DNA from: Desulfatiglandales bacterium | GTDB lineage: Bacteria; Desulfobacterota; DSM-4660; Desulfatiglandales; Desulfatiglandaceae | Direction: 5' to 3' | Assembly: GCA_963662465.1 (NCBI GenBank) | Contig: OY759599.1 | Span: forward strand, 7,936,001-8,000,000 | DNA: 64,000 nt | Shown: positions 38,771-48,234 of the stretch, piece by piece | Layout of the letters: every line of letters begins with the position of its first letter | How positions within the stretch are numbered: the stretch's first letter is position 1 | The notes under the pieces: generated by a model | What the model was told of the DNA's origin: nothing | Seen by the model: the letters and a program-made list of their open reading frames with translations, nothing else | Databases searched by the model: none | Made by a program: the position numbers and the translations under genes

Positions 38771-39514
38771 ATGGCGTTTTCAAAAGCAATCAGGTTTTTC
38801 ATGGTAGTTTTTTCGGCTGTGCTGATCTTTGCGGGTGTTCAACCGACCCATGCGAAATGGGGAGAATTTCTGGATAGCCTGAAGAAAGCGACGGGACAGG
38901 ACGACGGCCTTTCCACGGGAGAGATCGTGGATGGCCTGAAAGAAGCCCTCGAAATCGGAACGGACAATGCCGTGAAAATGGTTGGGAAGACGGGTGGGTA
39001 TTCATCAAACCCCGCCATTAAAATTCCCCTGCCCGGTTCGGTTGAGAAAATTCAAGGGATGCTCAGAACTTTGGGATACGGACCCCAACTGGACGAATTT
39101 GATAAAAGCATGAATCGGGCAGCAGAGGTGGCGGCGCCGAAGGCAAAAGCTATTTTCTGGGACAGCATCAAGGGAATGTCTTTTACGGATGCCCGAAAAA
39201 TTCTGGATGGCGGAGACATGGCCGCGACAAACTATCTTAAAGAGAAAAGCGCCGCTCAACTTGAGGAGGCTTTTCGGCCCATCATTCACAATGCCATGGG
39301 TGAAGTGGGCGTCACCCGGAAATATCAGGCCTTGTCCCAACCCATTGAAAGCATCCCCTTTGCAAAGGGCGCGGTTCCGGATCTGGATGGATATGTTACT
39401 GATGGCGCCATGAAGGGCCTTTTCTACATGTTAGGGCAGGAAGAAAAAAAGATCCGAGAAAATCCCGCGGCAAGGGCCACGGATTTGCTGAAAAAGGTGT
39501 TCGGGGGATCATAA
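38771..39514 (+). CDS. DUF4197 family exported protein
   Basis: Signal peptide; [41 protein letters not shown]. Confidence 0.85.
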   Translation: MAFSKAIRFFMVVFSAVLIFAGVQPTHAKWGEFLDSLKKATGQDDGLSTGEIVDGLKEALEIGTDNAVKMVGKTGGYSSNPAIKIPLPGSVEKIQGMLRTLGYGPQLDEFDKSMNRAAEVAAPKAKAIFWDSIKGMSFTDARKILDGGDMAATNYLKEKSAAQLEEAFRPIIHNAMGEVGVTRKYQALSQPIESIPFAKGAVPDLDGYVTDGAMKGLFYMLGQEEKKIRENPAARATDLLKKVFGGS

Positions 39515-39947
39515 ACGCAACAATAATGACTGATGCGAATTCAAATTAAGAATCTATTATGAGTGTTAAAAATAATCGGACGATAGTTAAAAATAAATAC
39601 GGGCTTTCCATAAAAATTCAAATGAACTTTGAACTAAGTTTTCCTAAATACCTAATAGGTAAATGCAAGTGTGCCATGAATAATGCCTATGAAATTCGAA
39701 CAAAAAAAATATCCCTTTCCCAAAAAGGAGTTGTTTTTTTCAGACACAATACCAACGAGTTGGTTCACTTCCTCAGTGTTTATTTCTTGGGAAAAGATAC
39801 GGAAAATTGACATTTCAAAGACAACGCCTTCAACTGATGGTATTTCAAACACGCCGGTATCATCCGATTTTAATAAACAAACTTTAGATTTTGAGTACTG
39901 CACGCTGTAAGTGGCCTATTGAATTGAACTAGGGCCTGAAATTACAG

Positions 39948-41360
39948 GCCCAGGGCAAAAGCGGGGGCTATGAAATTAAAGATGAAACAAAACTTGCCGC
40001 CCTTGCCAAAGAGTATGGCATTGAAACTCAAGGAAGGACCAAAGAAGAAATTGCCCTTGACCTGGCTGAACGTGTCTATGCTGAATTCGGCAAACAGGAA
40101 GGGTTTGTGCAGTTCAGTCGCCAGGCTCCCAAAAAACGGGTGGAACTATGGAAAAAAGCAGGCATCGATCCCCGGGGCATTGACCGGGAGATTGTTGAAA
40201 TCATGCACCGAACTCACATCGGTGTGGATAATGACCCGGTCAATCTGATCCTGCAGGGCCTCAAGGCGTCCATTGCAGACGGTTGGGGAGGCTCTGCCAT
40301 TGCCACTGAAATATCCGACGTGCTGTTTGGGACGCCGGAACCGGTCCGGTCCATGGTCAATCTGGGTGTCCTTAAACACGATGAAGTCAATATCATTGCC
40401 CACGGCCACGAACCCGTTCTGTCTGAAATGATTGTAGGTGCATCCCTTGACCCGAAATTACTGGAAAAGGCCAAGACTGCCGGCGCCAAAGGCATCAATG
40501 TGGTTGGCATGTGTTGTACCGGAAATGAGATTAGTATGCGTCACGGCATCCCCATTGCGGGCAATTTCCTTCAGCAGGAACTGGCCGTGATTACCGGAGC
40601 GGTGGAAGCCATGATTGTTGATGTCCAATGTATCATGCCGGCACTGGGTGATTTATGCGAATGTTTCCACACCAAGTTTATTTCCACATCCCCCAAGGCA
40701 AAATTTCCCGGCGCCATCCATATGGAATTCAACGAAGAACGAGCCATGGACATTGCAAAAGAAATCGTTGGTACGGCCGTTGAAAATTATGCCGGCCGGA
40801 ACAAAGAAAAAGTGTTTATTCCTGAAGATAAAACTGAGTGTATGGTGGGGTTCAGCGCAGAAGCCATCGTTAAGGCGTTGGGTGGCGCCCTTGATCCGTT
40901 GCTGGATGCGATTAAATCCGGCGCCGTCAAAGGTATTGCAGGCGTTGTTGGGTGCAACAATCCAAAGATAAAACATGATCAAGGCCATATTGAGTTGGTT
41001 AAAGAACTGATCAGAAATAATGTTTTGGTGACCTCCACGGGCTGCAACGCCATTGCCGTTGCCAAGGCTGGGCTGATGCTGCCCGAAGCCGCGGCCCAGG
41101 CAGGTGACGGGCTCAAAGGGGTGTGCCAGGCCCTTGGGATACCGCCGGTACTCCACATGGGATCATGTGTGGATATCAGCCGGATACTGACGGTGTGTGC
41201 AGCTGTCGCCAATGCCCTGGGCGTGGATATCAGCGATCTTCCCGTGGCCGGCGCTGCACCCGAGTGGATGAGCGAAAAAGCCGTGAGTATCGGTGCGTAT
41301 GTGGTGTCGTCAGGTATTTTTACCGTGCTGGGAACCGTGCCCCAGGTATTGGGAAGCCCC
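39948..41360 (+). pseudogene. cooS: Ni-CO dehydrogenase catalytic subunit remnant (5-prime and 3-prime truncated)
   Basis: GYEIKD, MHRTHIG.DND, HGHEP, GMCCTGNE, DVQC, GCNN, GSCVD, EKA are present; the N-terminal Fe-S region and start codon are missing; the frame diverges after VLGSP. Confidence 0.88.
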
Positions 41361-41658
41361 CTGCATGTATGCCTGCATCAGCGGCGCCATCACCCGCAAT
41401 AAGGACGGGGTGGTCATCACCGATACTGACAAATGCATCGGGTGCTGGACCTGCGTGATGGTCTGTCCCTATGGGGTAATCGGGCGCCATCTGGAAGCCG
41501 GCAAGGCCTATCGCTGCGATCGGTGCCTGGACCGGGATGTCCCAGCCTGTGTTTCTGCCTGTCCTACAGGGGCATTGGTTTTTGAAACGGTCCCAGTTTA
41601 TTCAAAGTCAGTTCGGCAACAGGCCTCCCAAGAACTTGCAAAAGCGGAAGGGGAATAA
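41353..41658 (+). pseudogene. cooF: CooF-like ferredoxin, 3-prime half only
   Basis: EAPCMYACISG, CIGCWTCVMVCP, CDRC...PACVSACP; no 5-prime part. Confidence 0.8.
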
Positions 41659-41659
41659 T

Positions 41660-42914
41660 GTGGACCCGAATCAGACACCTTACTTAATTGTCGGGGGAAG
41701 TGCCGCGGGAATGGCTGCGGCACACGCCATCAGGCAGCGGGATCCGGACCGGCCCATCACCGTATTGACGGATGAACCGGACAAACCCTATTTTAGGCCC
41801 ATGATCCCCTTTGTGGTTTCCGGCAAAAAAAATGCCCTGGATATGGCAATGGAAGGCGCCGGGCCCTACACCCAAACAAATATCCGTTTAGAAACCGGCA
41901 GTTGTGTGGTTTCCGTTGACACCAGTGCCAGAGCGGTATCTCTGAACAACGGCAGATCCATGGCATATGAAAAAAGTCTGTTTGCCACGGGAAGCCGTCC
42001 CTATATCCCACCGGATATCCAGGGGACTGAAGCCCAAGGGGTGTTTGCCTTAAGAACCCTTGCCCATGCAAAAGACATGGCAGCTCGAGCAGGCAAGGCA
42101 GTACACAGCGTGCCGTCCTTCTGGGAGGCGGGCTTCTCAACCTCAAGGCTGCCTTTGCCCTGCTGGAACTGAAGATCAAAGTCACTTTGGTGGTATTTTC
42201 CCCCGAAGTGCTATCCCAGCTTATGGACCCGGAAGATGCCGCATTGATCAGAAAAGCCTTGGATGATGCAGGGCTTGAAATCAAAACCGGTGCAGCAGCC
42301 ATTGGCATCCGGTCCGATCATACCGGTGTGACCGGGGTTGTCCTTGATGACAACAGTGAAATCGCCTGTGAAATGGTCTGCATTGGCAAAGGGGTAAGGC
42401 CCAATGTGGAATTTCTTGAGGGCAGCGGCATTAAACTGAAAAAAGGGATTGTGGCCGACCGGCATACCGCCTGCAGCCGGCCCGACACCTTTGCTGCCGG
42501 GGATGTGGCGGTTACCCATGATCCCATATCCGGTGAACCGGTCATGACCGCCCTTTGGACCAATGCCGTTGAAATGGGGCGTTGTGCCGGGTTGAACATG
42601 TCAGGGCTGCCCACTGCCTACTCCGGCGCCTTCGGCATCCTGAATGCAACCCAGGTTGCCAATATCCCCTTTGTTTCAATGGGAATTGTACACACCCGTG
42701 AACTGGACTGTGAAATCCACTGCCATACCACCCGGATGTCCCGCAGGAAAATGGTATTCAGCCGGATGGTAACCGACTCATGGGAATGGTCCTGATGGGT
42801 GATATCAGTAATGCCGGGCTGTATCGACATGTTATCCAGGAAAAGATGGCAGTGGGGCGATTTAAACGGGAAATCATTCATCACTCCCTTCACTGGGGTC
42901 ATATGATCCGGTAA
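41660..42914 (+). pseudogene. FAD/NAD-dependent oxidoreductase (FNOR-like) with two frameshifts
   Basis: IVGGSAAG, ATGS; frameshift near 42110 restores AVLLGGGLL; AAGDV; frameshift near 42762 restores DGNRLMG...GDISNAG to TAA at 42912-42914. Confidence 0.85.
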
Positions 42915-43587
42915 AAACGTATTGCCATTCTCTGGCGGCTTTGGGGTGTTTACATTCCAGAGCGTAGGGCAGATAAACAGCGCCGTATCCCTCGGCAAGA
43001 TCCTTCTCATGAATCGCCTTGACCCTTATAAGATGGTTTTTCAACAGGGGCGCCAAGGAAACGGAAAACGTGGTGACCCGGTCTTTGTCCCCTTTCCCCG
43101 AACGTACCGTAATTTCCTTTAAGTCATATTCAATGTCTTGAACGCGCAGCCGTATGGCTTTGATTATCCTCAGTCCGCTGCCATAAATCAGTTTTACAAT
43201 CAGTTGCGGCGTCCCTTTCAACAGCGCGATCACGGAAACTACCTCATCCTTGGTAAGAACAACGGGGATTTTCTGCTTTTTTTTCGCACGAACAGCATCA
43301 ATCCTGCCATCGAGAGACTGTTTGAGAACTTTCTTATACAAAAAAACAAGGGCGTTCATGGCTTGATTCTGAGTTGAAGGAGAAACATTGCCTTTGACAG
43401 CAAGGTGGGTCAAAAATTGTTCGATCTTACTTTCGGCGTCCTGAAGATCATTGCGGGATTTGATATCATGAAAGTGTACAAAACGCTTGATCCAATCACA
43501 ATAGAATCTTTCGGTGTGAATCGAATAATGCCCAAGCCGCATAACAGAATGAACATCATCCATTAGTTTTTAGTTTTTTGTTGACAT
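42915..43587 (-). pseudogene. intI: Integron integrase, 3-prime truncated
   Basis: HYSIHTE..YCDWI, STQNQAMNAL.FLY, LIYGSGLR, GKGDKDR, integron-specific insert VYLPYAL..K.P, WQYVF; HxLRH and catalytic Tyr absent; in-frame TAA at codon 6 after ATG 43587. Confidence 0.9.
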
Positions 43588-43672
43588 TGTGTTTCCTCTC
43601 TTTATACTCTGCTGATGATTAAAAAATAAGGAAGAATTGCAGATTTATGGTTTGTATACATTTCGACAATTT

Positions 43673-43808
43673 TGCCTTGATAATATCGTTTGAGAGCTAA
43701 TATCAAGGCGAAATTGCCTGATAATTCAATATCAAAGCGGAAATGCCTTGATAATAGGTGTTTTTGTCGGTTATCAGGGCAAAATGACCTGATAATCAAT
43801 AGTTAAGC
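43673..43808 (+). promoter_or_regulatory. attI region: core GTTAAGC (43802-43808) with an upstream array of GCC(T)TGATA motifs
   Basis: GTTRRRY core 4 nt before the cassette ATG, divergent from intI, and exactly complementary to the attC inverse core GCTTAAC. Confidence 0.75.
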
Positions 43809-43812
43809 ATAA

Positions 43813-44253
43813 ATGGAATATTTTTCAGAACTGGGATATATTGGTCTTTTCATCGCTGCATTCTTAGCCGCGACGATTTTACCTTTAAGCTCAGAAATTG
43901 TTTTGAGTGCTTTATTGCTGAGTGGTTTATCACCCACTACGCTAGTAATCATCGCAACAACAGGAAATGTGTTGGGTTCACTTACAAACTATGCCCTAGG
44001 ATACTGGGCTAGCTTGGTTGTGGTAAAAAAGTGGTTAAGGATGTCGGAAGATGATTTCGTGCGAGCAGAACAGCGCTTTATTAAATACGGCATGTTTTCC
44101 TTATGTTTTGCTTGGGTTCCAATAATTGGTGACCCATTAACCGTTATGGCAGGTATTTTACGGGTTCGCTTACAGTGGTTTCTTATCTTGGTTACTGCGG
44201 GTAAATTGCTGCGGTATGTCGTCATCAGTTATATGGTACTGCAAATAAATTAA
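43813..44253 (+). CDS. Integron cassette gene: YqaA/DedA (SNARE-associated) family membrane protein
   Basis: FLAATILPLSSE, GNVLGS, WVPIIGDPLT..AG, GKLLRY; bounded by attI and attC. Confidence 0.88.
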   Translation: MEYFSELGYIGLFIAAFLAATILPLSSEIVLSALLLSGLSPTTLVIIATTGNVLGSLTNYALGYWASLVVVKKWLRMSEDDFVRAEQRFIKYGMFSLCFAWVPIIGDPLTVMAGILRVRLQWFLILVTAGKLLRYVVISYMVLQIN

Positions 44254-44264
44254 GCTGATACAAT

Positions 44265-44322
44265 GCTTAACAAGCGAATTCAGCCGACCGCTAAACGCGG
44301 CGGCTGATTCGGTGCGTTGTCC
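44265..44322 (+). mobile_element. attC site (~58 bp)
   Basis: Inverse core GCTTAAC; arms GAATTCAGCCG / CGGCTGATTC with an extrahelical base; inner CCGC-TAAAC-GCGG; core GTT at 44316. Confidence 0.85.
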
Positions 44323-44355
44323 CCCCCTCCTACGCAATCATCAAACAATGGTGTG

Positions 44356-44775
44356 ATGGAAAAAACAGTTGAGGAGTTGAACTTGTTGACACGAAAAATG
44401 AGTCCCCCGTTGGAAAGTATTAAGAAACTTCGTCAACCTTTAAATTCGGGAGAAATTAAGATCTTGGATTTCCTGAATGAGTATCTTCCATGTGAGTGGG
44501 AAATTTATATTCAACCCCACATGAATGGTCTATGTCCTGATTTTGTTTTACTTCATCCAAGAATCGGGGCAAGCCTCGCTACACGTTATAGAGATAGATT
44601 GCCCATACTTTCAGCCAGTATTGCGTTTCCTAATGAACCTAAAAGCAGAGCTATGGAATTTCTTAATGATGCTTTTAACTCAAGAGTCTGGAGTTTACAG
44701 CCGTCATGCCGCCAAAGGCATGGCGTGATACGTAGCCTTTCTCCCTTAACCAGTGGGCAACTGGAGAGAACAATT
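44356..44775 (+). pseudogene. NERD-domain nuclease(/helicase) remnant, probable second cassette
   Basis: LRQPLNSGE..ILDFL, WEIYIQPHMNGLCPDFVLLHP..G; the expected ExK motif is absent; ends at an IS remnant. Confidence 0.6.
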
Positions 44776-44777
44776 TT

Positions 44778-45007
44778 CTACCAGCGGTGCATGATGGTTT
44801 TCAATTCCCAGGACGATGCTCTGAAAAACCCGAGAAGAGACGTGTAAAGCCGAGGTTCAATGCCCAACCATCGGATAAAAGAGCTGACGCCATATTGGTC
44901 CAGCCTGACGGTAAAGCCAAAAATTACAATCACGAACCAGTCAAAAGCGCCCTGCGGCTGAAACAGGATCTGAATTGTTCGAGTATCCAACTGATCTCGC
45001 TTATCAT
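44778..45007 (-). mobile_element. N-terminal fragment of a DDE transposase (IS701/IS4-like), frameshifted
   Basis: MISEISWILEQFRSCFSR, frameshift, AFDWFVIVIFG...GVSSFIR.L...Y.SLL.FFRASSW. Confidence 0.6.
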
Positions 45008-45339
45008 AACGCCCTCCTTTGTCGCTCAGTGTATGACCGTAAAGCGAATGTATTCGGGGCTGTCCTGGTAAACGTCTGGCTGGCTTTAGCCTTTTTTAAA
45101 ATGGCCGAAACAATAGAGTCACGGTCCAGATCTACATCGTAAACCTCTTTGGCCAATCGGACGATGTCGGTCACATGCAAGGGCTTTCCGGCATCATAAA
45201 GTACGTTGTGGGCGATCTCAATCTTTGACGTACGTTTTTTAGGCCTTGTCCTATCTCCTTTTTGGAATTGTTCGATAACTTTGAGTTCTGATTCTGCAAC
45301 TTCTTTTTTAAACTGAAGATATTGCTTAAATTGATCCAT
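45004..45339 (-). CDS. Winged HTH (HARE-HTH-like) protein coupled to the transposase fragment
   Basis: AAGGAGG RBS; VL..AGKPLHV.DIV...F.RTAPNTFAL; ATGA overlap with the transposase start. Confidence 0.7.
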   Translation of the reverse strand: MDQFKQYLQFKKEVAESELKVIEQFQKGDRTRPKKRTSKIEIAHNVLYDAGKPLHVTDIVRLAKEVYDVDLDRDSIVSAILKKAKASQTFTRTAPNTFALRSYTERQRRAL

Positions 45340-45588
45340 AGTGATACCCTCCTTTTATCGTGAACTAGAAGGAGGATACAGGAAAACATAATGTATGTCA
45401 ATAATTTTTTAATGTACGTTGATATATTTTTAGTAACATAAAATTTAAAGGTTATTATACGGTTTTCATGTTCGCAGTCAACGTACATAATAGAGAAAGT
45501 TGCGTAGTGCTATCGGGATCAGCAGCCTGCGAAGAACTCTAGACTCTCAACTGTCATAATTACAACAAAAAAAATTGCGGAAATCACC

Positions 45589-45649
45589 CTTAAAACTTAA
45601 AACCTAAAACTTAAAACCGTGCCTGAACGGCTTTTTCGTTCAGGCACTA
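45589..45649. repeat. Hairpin repeat element, copy 2
   Basis: Four CYTAAAA heptamers, CC, GTGCCTGAACG-gcttttt-CGTTCAGGCAC-TA; contains the TAG stop of the ThiF gene. Confidence 0.8.
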
Positions 45650-46507
45650 ATTCCCATCAAATGAAAATCGGGTCATTTCCCCCGTTTCCATATCCATATG
45701 TACCATGGTGTTCCTGAAAGGACGTCCCCGCTTCAGAAGAATCTTCATTACCTCCATGACTTGCATGGACGCGACGATCGCCGGCGTCGGCGCCGGGACC
45801 CCCAGAAGGGCTTCGGGGGAGGTCTTTTCCCGGGGCCTTTCTTCATTCCGTGCGCCATACAAAAGGGTCAATCCGGTATCCCCGGGAAAGACGGTCATCA
45901 CCTGACCCTCAAAACCCGCCACGGCCCCATGCACCAGGGGAATTTTCAGCGATGCAGCGGTATCCTGCATGACAAAACGATCCGGCACATTGTCCAGAGC
46001 ATCCACGATCACATCCGCTTCAGCCAGAATCGCTCCCGCATTGGCCGCACCCATTTGAACCGCATGTGCCACGACATCAACACCGGGATTCACATTTTCC
46101 AGCACCCGGGCCGCTACTTCGCATTTGAGTCGACCCAGGTTCCGTACGCTGGACAGCGCCTGCCGATTCAGGTTGGTTTCATCAAAACGGTCATGGTCCA
46201 CCACCACCAGATAACCGATTCCCATCCTGGCCAGCAGCAGAAGGACCTGCCCGCCTAGCCCCCCCGAACCCACCACCGCCACCCGTGACGTCACAAGGCG
46301 GAGCTGTTCTTCGCCGGAAATGGTTTCCCGATTCCGAAGATACCGGCAGGGACAAATACCGCGTTTCAGGGCTGCCTCGTAAACAGCCCGAAGGGTGCAG
46401 CCGAAACGGGTTCCAATCTCAATGGCTGAAGCCTCTTCCAGGGTTTTTACTTCACGCCCGGCGGGGTCATGAATTGTTTTTGACCGTTCCAGGATCAATT
46501 GATGCAT
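45647..46507 (-). CDS. HesA/MoeB/ThiF family adenylyltransferase
   Basis: GGAGG RBS before ATG 46507; RYLRN, VVGSGGLG, DETNLNRQ, DALDN..DR. Confidence 0.88.
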   Translation of the reverse strand: MHQLILERSKTIHDPAGREVKTLEEASAIEIGTRFGCTLRAVYEAALKRGICPCRYLRNRETISGEEQLRLVTSRVAVVGSGGLGGQVLLLLARMGIGYLVVVDHDRFDETNLNRQALSSVRNLGRLKCEVAARVLENVNPGVDVVAHAVQMGAANAGAILAEADVIVDALDNVPDRFVMQDTAASLKIPLVHGAVAGFEGQVMTVFPGDTGLTLLYGARNEERPREKTSPEALLGVPAPTPAIVASMQVMEVMKILLKRGRPFRNTMVHMDMETGEMTRFSFDGN

Positions 46508-46568
46508 GGGTTTGCCTCCCCAATAAAGGGTATCCAGGTCATTCATATTTTGGCGAAGAACCTTACCC

Positions 46569-46599
46569 AAAACCTCGTTCAGGCACGGTTTTAAGTTTT
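46569..46599. repeat. Hairpin repeat element, inverted half copy 3
   Basis: AAAACCTCGTTCAGGCACGGTTTTAAGTTTT; reverse complement matches 32653-32683 at 30/31. Confidence 0.8.
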
Positions 46600-46842
46600 G
46601 TCAAAGCGGAACCACAATACCCCAAAGGCCTTCTTCAGGCAAAGTAAAAGAGCGTGACGCGACGCTCACGCAAGGCGCAATCTAATCCTACGATATTCTT
46701 GACGAACAATGCTTAACCGGTTATCTTAAAACAAAAAAAACAGGCATCCTTCAAAAATGGCAAAAAGTGATTCGCACTGTTTTGTGCAGTGCGGCTGAAG
46801 TCACACCTGTATTTTTTCGGAATAAATTTTTCAGGGAGATAC

Positions 46843-47322
46843 ATGGAAACCATCGGACTGGGACGATGCTGGGAAGACATGCCCGTGGGGTATACCTTCA
46901 GGACCGTCGGACGGACCATTACGGAAACCGATCTCGTGAATTTTCTGGGGTCAAGCGGCATGGTGGAGGTACTCTTCACCGATACGACCTATGCCGAAAA
47001 ACATGCTCCCGGAGGCGGGCGCATCGTCCCGGCGGCCCTCTTATTCAGCATCGCGGAAGGCCTGACCATACAGGCCACCCTGCAGGGAACCGGACTGGCA
47101 TTCATCCAAATGGATCTCGATGTGAAAGGGCCCACCTTCGTGGGAGATACCATCCATGTTGAAGCGGAAGTCACCGAAAGCCGCGCCTCCACCAAGGGTC
47201 CCGATCGCGGCCTGGTTCGCACCCGAAACAGGATTGTGAACCAAAAAGGAGAAACAGTCATCATTTATACGCCCCTTCGGCTTCATGTGGGCCGAAACAT
47301 GCTGGCTTCTCACTGGGAATAA
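46843..47322 (+). CDS. MaoC-like hot-dog dehydratase
   Basis: AGGGAG RBS; GRTITETD, PTFVGDTI, R.RIVNQ.GE.V. Confidence 0.85.
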   Translation: METIGLGRCWEDMPVGYTFRTVGRTITETDLVNFLGSSGMVEVLFTDTTYAEKHAPGGGRIVPAALLFSIAEGLTIQATLQGTGLAFIQMDLDVKGPTFVGDTIHVEAEVTESRASTKGPDRGLVRTRNRIVNQKGETVIIYTPLRLHVGRNMLASHWE

Positions 47323-47402
47323 TCAAGCCTGTTTATGGTTCGGCAACGGTATGGGCAATGCCGGTCCGAATGTAATTTGGACGGATCTTCACCGGGAATG
47401 CC

Positions 47403-48089
47403 ATGGAACCTGATTCATCTCAAAATCGCTTCACCTCTTATCGGTTCGCCATACTGCTGACCATTTTTCTGCTGCAGTTGCTGACCACGCCCTTTTTTGA
47501 AGGCAGCATGGCTGCCGGATATGCGTCCGACACCTTTTTCTATCTACTTCTGGCGGCGGCAGCCTTTTCCATTCGAAACAGTCGCTTTTTCAAACCGGCC
47601 ATTGTTCTCGGCATCGTCTCCATTGCCTGTGAAATTACCAGCTATTTCTCAGGCAGCATCATGATACTGATCATCACCGGTTTCGTCGCAAACACCTATC
47701 TGGTTCTGGTAACACTGATCATCGCCGCCAGCGTGGCCCGACAACGCAGCATTAACGCGGATACCGTGATGGGCGGGTTGTGCGTCTACGTGTTGATCGG
47801 CATATTCTGGACCTCCATCTTTATCAACCTTGAACTGATCCATCCGGGGTCCTTCAATTTCGGCGTACATGGCCAACACCTTGACATCCTTTCCATTTAC
47901 GGCCTCCTGATGTATTACAGCTTCGTAACGCTGATGACCATCGGCTACGGCGACGTGGTCCCCATGTCGAGCATGGCGCAAACATTGACCATCCTGGAAG
48001 GCCTTATCGGCCAGTTCTACCTCATCTTTTTCATGGCATCCCTGGTGGGCCTTTATATCCAAAAGCGCCAAAATAAAGATTCGCTCTAA
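47403..48089 (+). CDS. Potassium channel family protein (Ion_trans_2)
   Basis: Selectivity filter YYSFVTLMTIGYGDVVP; multiple TM segments. Confidence 0.88.
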   Translation: MEPDSSQNRFTSYRFAILLTIFLLQLLTTPFFEGSMAAGYASDTFFYLLLAAAAFSIRNSRFFKPAIVLGIVSIACEITSYFSGSIMILIITGFVANTYLVLVTLIIAASVARQRSINADTVMGGLCVYVLIGIFWTSIFINLELIHPGSFNFGVHGQHLDILSIYGLLMYYSFVTLMTIGYGDVVPMSSMAQTLTILEGLIGQFYLIFFMASLVGLYIQKRQNKDSL

Positions 48090-48234
48090 CCGTTCACGGG
48101 GGCAATGGTTTTTCCTTGACCTTTCGCATTTTTCTAACTACATTTTGTCAAGTTTTTTTCGGCGCCTTTGCAGCCGGATTGAACCCCAATAGCGAAAATT
48201 CTCCAGTCAATGGGCCGATAAAGGAGGTATTTTC

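Noticed and set aside
39559..39910. Short AT-rich ORFs upstream of the cooS remnant
   Set aside because: Overlapping on both strands with no RBS or recognisable motif
38735..39942. 13-bp direct repeat TAGGGCCTGAAAT around the DUF4197 gene
   Set aside because: Exact 13-mer repeats are expected by chance in 64 kb; no other mobility signal
41660..42914. Programmed frameshifting in FNOR
   Set aside because: No slippery sequence, and neighbouring genes are also broken; decay or sequencing error is simpler
45589..45618. CTTAAAA tandem or the 43673-43796 array as a CRISPR
   Set aside because: Units are too short, there are no unique spacers and no cas genes
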